Part shown: piece after piece, positions 11,096-21,098 of the stretch | Numbering within the stretch: position 1 is the stretch's first letter | Layout of the letters: each line of letters starts with the position of its first letter | Assembly: GCA_965200155.1 (NCBI GenBank) | Contig: CBDATR010000024.1 | Coordinates: forward strand, 256,001-320,000 | DNA from: Nitrosopumilaceae archaeon | Lineage (GTDB): Archaea > Thermoproteota > Nitrososphaeria > Nitrososphaerales > Nitrosopumilaceae | Length of the DNA: 64,000 nucleotides | Direction of reading: 5' to 3' | Position numbers and translations under genes: made by a program | The notes under the pieces: generated by a model | What the model was told of the DNA's origin: nothing | Database searches by the model: none | Seen by the model: only the letters and a program-made list of their open reading frames with translations

Positions 11096-11207
11096 GTTAC
11101 TGTGCCCCCAAATAGGTATTATAACATTCCCAACAATTTGTACGTCCCAAAAGCATGACTAGTAACACCTAGAGACATGGTATCCAAAAATCTTAATAAA
11201 GCAAGCT

Positions 11208-12044
11208 CTAAAATCTCGGAACCGAGATCAGGCCAGATTTTGCAGTTATAGCCACCATGGAGATTATAGCAACCCCCAGTATCAGGGCGGTCATAACCCC
11301 AAACTCTGGTACAACATATGTAGCTAGTATCTCTATGCTACCAGAACCGGCAGGGAACATTACCTCTACCATCTGACCATTAATGTAGACATCATTGTGT
11401 TCTTCACCGTCCACAAGAATCAAGAATATATCAGATACTATATCTACAGGAAACTCTACTGCAAGCATACCATCGCTATCGGCAGACACTTCTATCATGA
11501 TAGAACTGTTATCTGTAATGTATGCATCAGTAATGCTACCACCGGCGATATCGTACATGATGCAAGTCTCCTCCAGATATAACATGGACGGACCGCATAC
11601 AGGTAGATCACCTAGTGCTTCAGACAAGGTAAACTGGACTTTGTTATTTCTATGGGGTTCACCGTATTGAACTTCAACACTGTACAGACCTTCCATGGTC
11701 CATGATGCGGAGGAGAGCAGGACCTCAAAATCTCCGTTGTCATCCACATCCACCTGATTCACAAGTGCAACGTTACCCAATGGGTCTATAACCTGTAGTA
11801 GAATTGGATATTCTGGCATTATATTGGCAACATGACCTGTCAGAACCAGCACATCACCCATGTTATAGGCATCATCATCCAACCATGCCGAGACCGGTAC
11901 GGAGGAGAGCAGCTCTTCATTAGCCATCTCCCAAGGATCTCCAACACATGTTGGGCATGGAGGATACTGTGCAAAGGCAGAGACGGGCCACAATACAGCA
12001 ACAGTAGCAGCCACAGCAAGTAAGGAAAGTGTTTTAATCTTCAT
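11208..12044 (-). CDS. PEFG-CTERM sorting domain surface protein
   Basis: Signal peptide; C-terminal VVPEFG plus transmembrane segment. Confidence 0.88.
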   Translation of the reverse strand: MKIKTLSLLAVAATVAVLWPVSAFAQYPPCPTCVGDPWEMANEELLSSVPVSAWLDDDAYNMGDVLVLTGHVANIMPEYPILLQVIDPLGNVALVNQVDVDDNGDFEVLLSSASWTMEGLYSVEVQYGEPHRNNKVQFTLSEALGDLPVCGPSMLYLEETCIMYDIAGGSITDAYITDNSSIMIEVSADSDGMLAVEFPVDIVSDIFLILVDGEEHNDVYINGQMVEVMFPAGSGSIEILATYVVPEFGVMTALILGVAIISMVAITAKSGLISVPRF

Positions 12045-12091
12045 GAAATTAGTAAACTTGGTCTCTATTTATGTTTAGAGTACACCAGATA

Positions 12092-12931
12092 CTAGAATCT
12101 TGGTGCCAAACTCAGTCTAGACCTAGCAGAGAGAGTCACTATGGCAATGATAGACACTGCCAGAATCAACGCCGCTATTGTGCCAAACTCGGGCACTACC
12201 AAACCATCCTCAATGCCCACAGTCACACTGGTACTATAGTCAGAAATGTCCTGCTCAGCAGTTACAGTGTACATACCATCCTGAGACCACATGGGACCGC
12301 CAATTACTATATCCGCGGAGAAGAGGCCGTCTGATGAACTCACATCTATCTGGCTCACAGAGACAACTTTACCATTGGGCGCAGTTACAGTCAGAGTCAC
12401 ATCTTGGTTAGTGGTGTCAGTCTGGCCGCTAATGTATATTGTATCTGAGCCTTCCATGGCATCAGCAACCAAGTCTATTGAACCGCCCATAAACAACTCT
12501 GTACCTACTGCAGAGAATGAACGCTCAAAGTTGGACTCTATGGCAAGGGTATCCATTGCGACACCATCAACCACATTTACCTTTACCTCAAGTTCATACA
12601 AATCAGAGTTGCCTTGATTTGCTATTATAGTATAATCACCATCCTCTGTAAGTCCGGACACGTTAAAGTTGGTGGAATAAGTGCCATCTTCGGCAGGTAA
12701 CAATTGGTCTATCTTTACCAAATTGTTAAGAGGAGACCAGATTTGTATCTGTATTGTTTCCTGTTTTACCGTATTACCACTTATCAATACTATATCCGAA
12801 CTTGAGCTAGCCACGGCCTGAATATCCATGCCATGATCAGTGGGGAGTATCTCGGCCCATGCATTCACAGAAGCACCAAATGTCAGAACCGCCAATGTAG
12901 CAACAGCAGTAATTGAGCCTTTACTATACAT
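12092..12931 (-). CDS. PEFG-CTERM sorting domain surface protein
   Basis: Signal peptide; C-terminal VVPEFG plus transmembrane segment. Confidence 0.88.
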   Translation of the reverse strand: MYSKGSITAVATLAVLTFGASVNAWAEILPTDHGMDIQAVASSSSDIVLISGNTVKQETIQIQIWSPLNNLVKIDQLLPAEDGTYSTNFNVSGLTEDGDYTIIANQGNSDLYELEVKVNVVDGVAMDTLAIESNFERSFSAVGTELFMGGSIDLVADAMEGSDTIYISGQTDTTNQDVTLTVTAPNGKVVSVSQIDVSSSDGLFSADIVIGGPMWSQDGMYTVTAEQDISDYSTSVTVGIEDGLVVPEFGTIAALILAVSIIAIVTLSARSRLSLAPRF

Positions 12932-13057
12932 AACATTGTTGACACAGGTTGTTCTATTTATGTATTTGAATTAGAACAAAGTGCTTGTGATATTCTGTTA
13001 CACCTGGCCATAATGATAGTTCGTTACCGGGTCTGAATGAAGCATAACAGAACCCGA

Positions 13058-14251
13058 CTATAATGCCTCATACGTCTCACGCCACTTGTGGTATGCCATG
13101 ACCATATCCTGAGAGACGCTGGGTTTACGACGGGTCATTATCTGCCGGAAGTCATTCATGGTGAGATCCCGAGGTTTTTGGGGCTCCTCCCCCTCGACTG
13201 GCTTTCTATAGTCTGGAGAGTTGAACAGTTCATGTACTATCTTTAGTTGTGCGCCTTGGCATACGTCGCGTATATCACTGGCGCTGTATCCGTCAAACAG
13301 TTTGGCCAGCTCCGCCGGTTTTACCGTTTTGTCTGTATGCAGATCAGCGATATACTGAGTGAATAAAGCCTCACGTGCTTCCAAAGAAGGTAATGCCACA
13401 TAGATTCTCTTTTGAAATCGCCTAAGAAATGGCCAGTCCAGTGACCAAGGCTTGTTGGTAGCCCCAATCACATACATCATGAGGTCCTTGCCCTTGCCAG
13501 ACACACCGTCCATCTCGGTTAGGAACTGGTTTCGTGTCCTGACCTCGCCGCCCACTTCGCTTCTCCTAGATCCCAGTAGCGAGTCCACTTCGTCTACAAA
13601 TAGTATTACCGGTTTACTCTCGCGCTCGGCATGGCTTCGTGCAATCTTGAATATTTTAGACACATTTTTCTCTGCCTCGCCCAGCCACTTACTCATCATT
13701 GATGATGCATCGACATTGATAAAGTAGCCATCCATCTCGCTGGCTGTGGCCGCCGCCAGCATAGTCTTGCCAGTCCCAGGCGGCCCATATAGTAACATAC
13801 CCTTGGGCCAGCCTAGAGGGAAGAGGTCAGGCCTCTCGGTGGGATATATTATAGATTCACGCAGTGCGCTTTTGGCATCTTCAAGGCCTATAACCTCTTT
13901 CCAGCTGACATTGGGCTTCTCCCTCATCACCAGCTCCTCAAAGTCGTTCTCTTCTTCCTGCTGCTTGATTATGTCATCCTGCTCTTTCTTGGGAGTATTG
14001 GTATCTGCTACCGGTTCCAAATTTCGCCCATCCCGAAGTAGCTCAATGCGCTTGCGGTACGACTTGCATCGAGACTGGTATATGGGATTGAGTTTGCTTT
14101 TGGGGTAGAGACTCAATAGCTTAACGAGTGTATCTATTGCCATTTGATAGTTAGTGATGGCCATCCCCCGTGCCCCATGGGAGTCAAAGCGTATAGCATC
14201 AGTGGCGTATTTGCTGGCATTATTCTCTAATTCTTGTGGTGCACTACTCAT
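13058..14251 (-). CDS. cdvC: Vps4-like AAA ATPase CdvC (MIT + AAA)
   Basis: N-terminal MIT domain, GPPGTGKT, FVDEVD, ATNKPW.LD and RRFQKRIY. Confidence 0.9.
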   Translation of the reverse strand: MSSAPQELENNASKYATDAIRFDSHGARGMAITNYQMAIDTLVKLLSLYPKSKLNPIYQSRCKSYRKRIELLRDGRNLEPVADTNTPKKEQDDIIKQQEEENDFEELVMREKPNVSWKEVIGLEDAKSALRESIIYPTERPDLFPLGWPKGMLLYGPPGTGKTMLAAATASEMDGYFINVDASSMMSKWLGEAEKNVSKIFKIARSHAERESKPVILFVDEVDSLLGSRRSEVGGEVRTRNQFLTEMDGVSGKGKDLMMYVIGATNKPWSLDWPFLRRFQKRIYVALPSLEAREALFTQYIADLHTDKTVKPAELAKLFDGYSASDIRDVCQGAQLKIVHELFNSPDYRKPVEGEEPQKPRDLTMNDFRQIMTRRKPSVSQDMVMAYHKWRETYEAL

Positions 14252-14706
14252 GCTCGCCCGCCTCCGAGAGTTGTCACACAAATGTCATCAACCCGGTCAC
14301 ACACAGATGTCTGTTCCAAGATACTCTGGACCTGTAGGCGATCCGCTGCATTAGACTGGGCATGAGTCATAAGGCGGGTGTTCTGTATTTGGTTGCACGA
14401 TAACTTGGACTGAGACAGAAGTTCATCCACCTCCCCATCAAGGATATCAATGCCCAGACTCGTCTCTCGCATTAGATTTCCCACCTCAGACATTATTGCG
14501 TACAGATCACGCTTTTCCCTATACTTGTCAAGCATGCACTCCAGCAAAAACAGAACCCGAGACGTATCTTCAAGTTCTGTGGTATCCATATCTTCTGCCA
14601 TTTTTGGTATCTTGTCAAGTTTCTTGTTTACGCGCCTGCGTATGGTACGTATGTATTCCACGCTGTGTTCTATATCCGTTGATGCAAAGGGAATATTCGT
14701 CACTAA
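14248..14706 (-). CDS. Hypothetical helical protein directly upstream of cdvC (start uncertain)
   Basis: 3' part of ORF 14248-15108; the 5' part of that ORF is TnpB-element tail and not genuine; stop overlaps the cdvC start. Confidence 0.55.
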   Translation of the reverse strand, partial: LVTNIPFASTDIEHSVEYIRTIRRRVNKKLDKIPKMAEDMDTTELEDTSRVLFLLECMLDKYREKRDLYAIMSEVGNLMRETSLGIDILDGEVDELLSQSKLSCNQIQNTRLMTHAQSNAADRLQVQSILEQTSVCDRVDDICVTTLGGGRA

Positions 14707-14783
14707 TGGATAATGTAGAATTAGTATTTGAATACTAGGTATGAATCCACCTGTCCACACTGGGCCATTAATTATAGTGGCCA

Positions 14784-16227
14784 TAGCTGTCACCATAAGT
14801 CTTTGAGAACATGGCACCTCGTTCCTGTACAGTACACGGGTTTGGCTTGTCACCATTATTCCCGCCCTGACGCCTCCGGTTGAGTGGGGAACGGTTCCCC
14901 GTCCCGGACGACACGCTCTGCCACTCCTACAGGGAAACCGGTTACTAAACGCCGCGTTGATATCGGCGTGAAATTCCTGGTTACATATTGAATGTGTCCC
15001 TAGTTGATCGTGACTTGTTGCCAACGTGTCCACACACGTGATAGGTCTGGCTCGTTGGGCGGGTAAACCACCCCCTCGTGTATTTCGCTGGCACAGCCGC
15101 CAATTCAATTCCTAGTGCCTCGCACTTTTGTACTACTTTCCGGCGGAACTCGCCTACCCGGTTCTCACGCATGGAGCGGTTCATTGTTCTTTTCCGGTTA
15201 CCACCATGACTGGTCATTCGCTTTCGGTGATAAATCCTCTAGTACTACCTTGCCTGCACCTTCAGTGACCGCGCGGACCATTCTATTCATGGAGTCGTTC
15301 GCGATATTATTCGCTTTCTGTCGTAGTTGAATGATTTTCTTCTCAATCTTTCGCTTCCTGCGCTTACCTTTTCGCGTTCTAATACTCTGGAGTGCGCCAA
15401 TCTCCCGTAATATGGAACGATGTCTCATGTGGTGAATCATCGTTCTGCCATTCGTGTCAGCTGTTACAGCTAGATGTTTCCCGCTGACATCCGCGCCGCA
15501 AACAACGCCGGTCTATGGTTTCTCCCGTATATTGATGTGAATCTCGAATTGACGCTCCCTACTATTGGTTACTCGTTCCACTATCCTGAATGAGCGCATG
15601 TCCCGGGAATGATCGATTGGTTTGGTTGTTCTCACCACACCAAAACCGCACAGGTTCAACTCGAACTCACCGCGACGGATTGGTGGTCTTACACATGATA
15701 GTATGATCTGTCACGCCGGTGTGGTATGTAATTAGAATGATCCTCGTACGCGCGCCTGCACGTGACAGACGCCTGTAGTATGGCACCCCAGCCATAGTTA
15801 GCTTGTAACTCACGCACCCATTCAATATCACGGCGCCACTTTGTCAATTCCAGGAACAAACAATTCTTGTTGGACGGGTAAACCGTCCCCTGATAGCCGT
15901 TCTAGAACGCGGTAGCTGATTCACGTAAAGTGGATCATCCTTCTCAAGATTGTATGGTGACTTGGCGGACTCGTTCTTATTCTTCACCTTGGCCGGATCA
16001 TGTTTCAATTCTAGAGTGGTTCCGGGTATGTAGTAATCACCAAGACTGATCTCGGATACCGCCCTGTCATACACGTAATCGGACGTGTGACCGAATATCT
16101 TGGTGCGCCGGGAAAACTCCTTATTAGTTTTCAACAGTATAATGACGGTCCGGGTTATGCCGCCCACCATCTGCTGATTCTATAAAAGTACGGTCCCATA
16201 CCCGGCAAAGACTTATGGTGGGCGCTA
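14784..16227 (-). mobile_element. tnpB: TIR-bounded TnpB element copy 3 (1444 bp, most complete; tnpB frameshifted)
   Basis: TIR tagctgtcaccataagtctttg / caaagacttatggtgggcgcta; N-terminal ORF 15844-16170, RuvC I GADVSG, VVLEDL and HADINAA; no transposase inside. Confidence 0.85.
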
Positions 16228-16382
16228 TACAAATCGCCGCGCCCAATGCGGTCATGTTATAACACATTCAAGGTACGAATTAGTCCATCCCCACATTTCA
16301 CGTACGGTAATGACTAGTGCAGTTTGTGCCCAACATTAGTTAATACACAAAACCCATACGACGTAGGGACATGCTTTTGGAG

Positions 16383-16784
16383 TCACCGGTAGGGTACCAG
16401 GGAGGTCTGTCTTATTCGCCCCGAGGTATTTACCGATACGCCAGATATTATGGCCGAATCAAGAGTCATACTCCCCATATGTACGGCCAACTCACACAAA
16501 TTATTACTGCATGATGGCAGGGTGATAGCAAGTCTGGCACTCGCGGCGCGTATAACAGGAATTATTGGAGGGAATGTTAACGGGATTGCAGCCATGGATG
16601 ATACTGCCCTTGTGCGCTCACGCACTTCAAAGATAGCCTCGAGACAGAACCGCAGGTCCTGACCCTTTACGGTGGAATTCTTGTCAAGCTCGCACTGCAA
16701 CATATCCAATGTATCATTTATGAGGTGCATACAGTAAGATAGTCGCGGGGCAAGAGCAACCGAATGAATGGCTGTCTGTTTCAT
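16383..16784 (-). CDS. Divergent ESCRT-III/CdvB-like helical protein, possibly decaying
   Basis: Lies between trmB and the cdvC cluster; Snf7-like helical pattern (ELAVHMGSMTLDSA); weak similarity judged by eye. Confidence 0.45.
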   Translation of the reverse strand: MKQTAIHSVALAPRLSYCMHLINDTLDMLQCELDKNSTVKGQDLRFCLEAIFEVRERTRAVSSMAAIPLTFPPIIPVIRAASARLAITLPSCSNNLCELAVHMGSMTLDSAIISGVSVNTSGRIRQTSLVPYR

Positions 16785-16871
16785 GAAACGAGAGTAACTT
16801 GTGAGGTTATTAGCCAAATGTAACAAGAGATGTATTAACCACAGTTACATATACGCGGGATACAAAAACAC

Positions 16872-18029
16872 ATGTGGTTTTATAGAGATATAGTAGGTGT
16901 TGTTGTGGAATATGACAATTCGCTGGTTGTAAGTCTTGAAGAGTTTGGTTTAAGCCAGTACGAGGCTCGCGCCTACTTTGCCATGGTCTCCATGGGGCCT
17001 GTGGCAGCAACAGAGTTGGCATATAATTCCCAATTGCCGCGAACCAAGGTTTACTCGGTCTTACAGAAGTTAAAAAGGAAGAACTTGGCCACCATATCAA
17101 AATCAAAACCCATCATATGCACTGCAGTTCCGCCCGAAGAGGCATTTGATGATATTATTCACGAGCAGATAAACAAGGTCAACGCCATGAATACACTGGT
17201 TTCTGCACTAAAGACCGTTGGCGAAGAGAGTCGCAGAAAGCAGGGGACCGCCGAGAAGCATTACCGACACATAACACTAAGCAGGGCAGTGTCAGAGATA
17301 AAAGCAATCATAGACGGCTGTAAAAAATCTCTAAAGATATCCATGGGCATATTTGGGACAGAGCCTGTATTGGAGTGCCGCAAGGAGATAGCGGCCGCCA
17401 TGCACCGGGGGGTGGAGGTGTACCTTTTGGTTTCATCCAGCGAGCAGGGAGTGGAAAGAGGAGTACTGCCCGCATGCACACATGTGCGTATTGCAGATAA
17501 CATACCCAGCATGTTTATGGCAGATGGCGCAAGCGTGGTAGTGTTGGACGAGTCGGGCGGGGATGTCTTTACCACACATACATTGGGCTCTTGTATAGGT
17601 GCCTCGTTTGATGTACAGTGGAGTACTGGAATTGACGCAAGACATCTTCTTGACATGCCCCGGTATGAATGTGCGGAAGTGTATACCGCGCTGCGACAGA
17701 TACAGTCCCAGGGATTACTCTTTGTTCTGGAGAAATATATGGCCTCAAAGGAGCTTAACATGATACAACTGCTGGAGAAGGGAGGAATCCCCATTCACTC
17801 CAAGACAATCAACGACTTGGTGGAGATTGCCGATGCGTCACTACAGGCAGTATGCAATGGTTGTGCAATACTGGATATGGCAGGAGGCAGGATAATACTG
17901 GAATCTGCCCCGCACAATATGGTATGGGTCTTGGTACTGGAATCATACCTCAGGCATAAGGGATACAATATCCGTACAATATCCAACAGCAAGGGGACGC
18001 ATATACAGCTGGAAAAAAGTAAAAATTAG
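16872..18029 (+). CDS. TrmB family transcriptional regulator
   Basis: LEEFGLSQYEARAY...PRTKVYSVL HTH; true start may be near 16905. Confidence 0.85.
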   Translation: MWFYRDIVGVVVEYDNSLVVSLEEFGLSQYEARAYFAMVSMGPVAATELAYNSQLPRTKVYSVLQKLKRKNLATISKSKPIICTAVPPEEAFDDIIHEQINKVNAMNTLVSALKTVGEESRRKQGTAEKHYRHITLSRAVSEIKAIIDGCKKSLKISMGIFGTEPVLECRKEIAAAMHRGVEVYLLVSSSEQGVERGVLPACTHVRIADNIPSMFMADGASVVVLDESGGDVFTTHTLGSCIGASFDVQWSTGIDARHLLDMPRYECAEVYTALRQIQSQGLLFVLEKYMASKELNMIQLLEKGGIPIHSKTINDLVEIADASLQAVCNGCAILDMAGGRIILESAPHNMVWVLVLESYLRHKGYNIRTISNSKGTHIQLEKSKN

Positions 18030-18049
18030 CCATTCTGCACTTTTATGCC

Positions 18050-18502
18050 GTGGTATACGAGAAGCTCTCGGAGATGGGAATAACATTACCCGATCCGCCT
18101 GCACCGGCAGGCGCATACATGGCCACATTAGCCGTGGGTTCGTTGGGCTTTGTCTCTGGCCAGATACCCATGCTTGACGGACATGTTCAGTATACCGGAA
18201 AGGTGTCTGATTCCAACATGAAAGAAGCGCAGGAGTCGGCAAGATTATGTGCCATAAACATACTGGCCCAGATAAACAAGAGATGGGGCCTTGATCGTGT
18301 GCAGAGAATAGTTCGACTGAGCGGTTTTGTAAACGCGGAGCCCGGTTTTGTAAAGCATCCACAGGTAATTGATTTTGCCTCAAACCTCATGTATGACATA
18401 TTTGGAGACCGCGGCAAGCACACACGAGTTGCAGTGGGAGTAAGTAGCCTGCCGCTGGACTCAATGACAGAGATAGATGGTACGATACAGATTCAGAGCT
18501 GA
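18050..18502 (+). CDS. RidA/YjgF family protein
   Basis: SGQIP, GKHTRVAVGVSSLP and EID motifs. Confidence 0.9.
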   Translation: MVYEKLSEMGITLPDPPAPAGAYMATLAVGSLGFVSGQIPMLDGHVQYTGKVSDSNMKEAQESARLCAINILAQINKRWGLDRVQRIVRLSGFVNAEPGFVKHPQVIDFASNLMYDIFGDRGKHTRVAVGVSSLPLDSMTEIDGTIQIQS

Positions 18503-19488
18503 TCAAGCATACCGTTGAACTCTCGCAGGAATGAGCGCATCTTGTTCTTGGGTATAAGGGCGCCGCATGCACGATCATGTCCGCCACCGGACCCACCCAT
18601 GTTGGCTGCAAGAGTGTTCACCATACGACCCAAGTGTACCTCACATTTACGGGATCCGCGAATGGATACAGCATAGTTGTTATAATCGGCACGCTCCCTG
18701 TATGCTACACCAACCTTCTTGCCTGACAGGCCCAGGACAAAATTTACTGCGCCGCTGGCACCGGCGTCGGTTATTTCCATATGAGCAAGGTTTCTCATCT
18801 TTCTGTGATCGCGCTTAACCTTGTCCATAACGATGGCCAACCGTTCCACCTGTAGCCGGGCAGTGTCAAAGGCCCCCGGCATCTCGTGAGGGAATCTCAG
18901 CTCAGCAAGCTGTAATGCCAAGTTCAGAAGATACTCATCATCCTTCTGGTGCCCAACTATATTGTAGGTCAGTACCGTGGCGCTTATCAACGCGAACTGC
19001 CTGTCATATATCTGCAACAAATCCGAGGCCAGGGGCCGGTCATCCATGTAGTCGGTAATGGCAGAACATGCCGCGATAAAGGTGGATCCAAAAGGAAGTC
19101 TTCTCTTATACTTGTCATGAACCAGGACCGCGGTGCATTCATCAGTGCTGTGTATTACATTTACTTTCATCTGTAGAAGTCGCTGCATCGAGTCCGAGTC
19201 CAGGTCATGGTGATCAAAATACGTCACCCGAACATGGCGACGCCTTAGGCCCCCCAGGATGTCCAGGAATAGTTCTTTATTCTTCTTGCTCACGCCCAAG
19301 TCGCATATGTACAGTGACTTTAGAGTGAGATCCGCAGCTACATCAAGAAGAGCATTCATTTGGCCCACATAATCTACCAGTACAAGATCAGCCCCAAAGA
19401 CCTGCCGGATGAGAGCGGCGGACCCTATCCCGTCCATATCTTCCTTGTGCGAGATGCACACTATTCGGGTCTTTTTTACCGGTGCCAA
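18493..19488 (-). CDS. DHH/DHHA1 family phosphoesterase
   Basis: H..DMDG, DLG, DHH and GGGH..ACGA motifs. Confidence 0.88.
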   Translation of the reverse strand: MAPVKKTRIVCISHKEDMDGIGSAALIRQVFGADLVLVDYVGQMNALLDVAADLTLKSLYICDLGVSKKNKELFLDILGGLRRRHVRVTYFDHHDLDSDSMQRLLQMKVNVIHSTDECTAVLVHDKYKRRLPFGSTFIAACSAITDYMDDRPLASDLLQIYDRQFALISATVLTYNIVGHQKDDEYLLNLALQLAELRFPHEMPGAFDTARLQVERLAIVMDKVKRDHRKMRNLAHMEITDAGASGAVNFVLGLSGKKVGVAYRERADYNNYAVSIRGSRKCEVHLGRMVNTLAANMGGSGGGHDRACGALIPKNKMRSFLREFNGMLDQL

Positions 19489-19938
19489 TTGAATACGGCA
19501 GAAGGCGCCCTCATTTAAACTAGATTCGGGGCGTCAATCATTTAGGTCATCTTTGGGCAACTGTGCAAAATACACCGCCAACATGTCTGTTCTTGCTTTT
19601 TCTATCATGGTGCCTCACACATACCCATGAATTTACCGTCTAGGTGTTTATCTTTAACGCGACCTAAACGGCTACGGCGTCATATTCAGGCATGGTAACG
19701 CACAAGAGCATCGCTACCGGTAACTGCTGATGTCTATTCCTTCATTATACAGTTTGTTAATGCCAACTTCCCGCACCATTCGTCTATTTGGGATCTATCG
19801 TACCAGCCCCACAGTTCTCGCACACCTAACTCATCACATAACCGACCTCATGTATCATGTCATGCCTCTGTGAGTTGTCACACCAAGACCACAACTCTTT
19901 GATGCCAATCTCATTTCCAACATGAGCATAATCAAACT

Positions 19939-20045
19939 GAGCCCGCAGGGAATTCTGCTGGACCCAATCGCACCCAGGTAACCATTCTTGGAATGATGCG
20001 CCAATACAGGAGCCCGCAGGGAATTCTGCTGGACCCAATCGCACC
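19939..20045. repeat. Exact 36-bp direct repeat flanking a 35-bp unique insert
   Basis: gagcccgcagggaattctgctggacccaatcgcacc at 19939-19974 and 20010-20045. Confidence 0.95.
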
Positions 20046-20347
20046 AGCCCCACACACGACCCACACCAATCTCGTTTGCGAGATGGCAAGAGCCAAATTT
20101 CTCCAGTATTGAGTCCTTATGTATGCGGCTGGCGCCATCCCACATGTGCCCCATACTGATCTCTTTTGAAAGACGTTCATAATCATAGCCCAATTCATTC
20201 AACATATCACTCTGACGAGAGCTAACATACCAAGACCACAACCGCACCATACTTATCTCTCTGATGAGACGCGAATAGCCAAATTTGGCCACCATTGTCC
20301 CCTTATGGATATCGGTGCAATGGACCCAGAGACATCATACCTATCTC

Positions 20348-20448
20348 GTATGAGTTCACCTGTGTCTAAATTTACGCACAACTGATGGAACAGGTTGTTC
20401 TAGTTAATGTGATTTGTGCATAAGATTCCGGAAGACGTGAACTCATAC
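20348..20448 (-). mobile_element. 101-bp MITE variant B, copy 4
   Basis: 12-bp TIR; TSD cctatctc; central agaacaacctgttcc replaces gtcgcg. Confidence 0.95.
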
Positions 20449-21098
20449 CCTATCTCGGCCACGGCACGATCATAACCTATTTCATCTAGCAGAGTATTCT
20501 TGTGCTCTGCGCTGAACCAATCCCACAACTGCTTCATGCCTATCTCATTTGCAATGCGGGTATAGCCAACCTCCTTTAACATGGAATTACGTTTGTTTTT
20601 GAACCACCGACTATTGCACCAATCCCACAGCTCCTCCACACCTATTTCATCTGCAATACGTGTGTAGCCAACCTCCTTCAGCACGTTTTGTTTTTGTCTT
20701 TCATCACACCAGTCCCATAATTGCCTCATACCCAGTTTATTTCCAACACCCAGATCTCTGAGTTCAGCGTAAATATCCATACCCATTATGACCTGCGGCA
20801 TTATTAAAAAACAGTCATGAAATCTTGTACGCGCGTAGTCGGCAGTGATTGTTTAGTTTACCGCAAGCCAAGGCGACATACACTTTTGCCATCATTAGTG
20901 GATTCCGATACATATAGAATTGTCTGGGAAATTTGTGTGTCCGGGTAACACAGTAGTACTGAGGGCGACATCATCCCAGTATACTGTAAGAGCGCGTCAG
21001 GGCGCCGATCTCAGGCGTGTAAATTAGCCCGACATCCATCTGGCACGTCCACGCGCCTAAATCTGGAATGGTTAAACAAGCACACCGCCACACTAGTA

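Larger units (their letters stand above)
19735..20801 (-). pseudogene. Disrupted gene for a ~30-aa tandem-repeat protein (LWDWC...LKEVGY.RIA.EIG)
   Basis: Repeat continues through ORFs 20400-20801, 19855-20295, 19826-20089 and beyond; broken by a MITE, frameshifts and a 71-bp duplication-insertion; 3' end approximate. Confidence 0.75.

Noticed and set aside
10319-12931. Cluster of three PEFG-CTERM genes as a novel system
   Set aside because: Such paralogue clusters are common in Nitrosopumilaceae.
14707-15108. N-terminal half of the 286-aa ORF 14248-15108 as a real fusion protein
   Set aside because: It is an off-frame reading of the TnpB 3' tail and TIR running into a host gene; the same peptide appears at 2642-3043 and 41572-41871.
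19939-20045. CRISPR array call for the two repeat-spacer-repeat units (also 46846-46955)
   Set aside because: Only two repeats each; the repeats differ between loci and are host coding sequence; no leader or cas genes in the window. Reported as insertion events instead.
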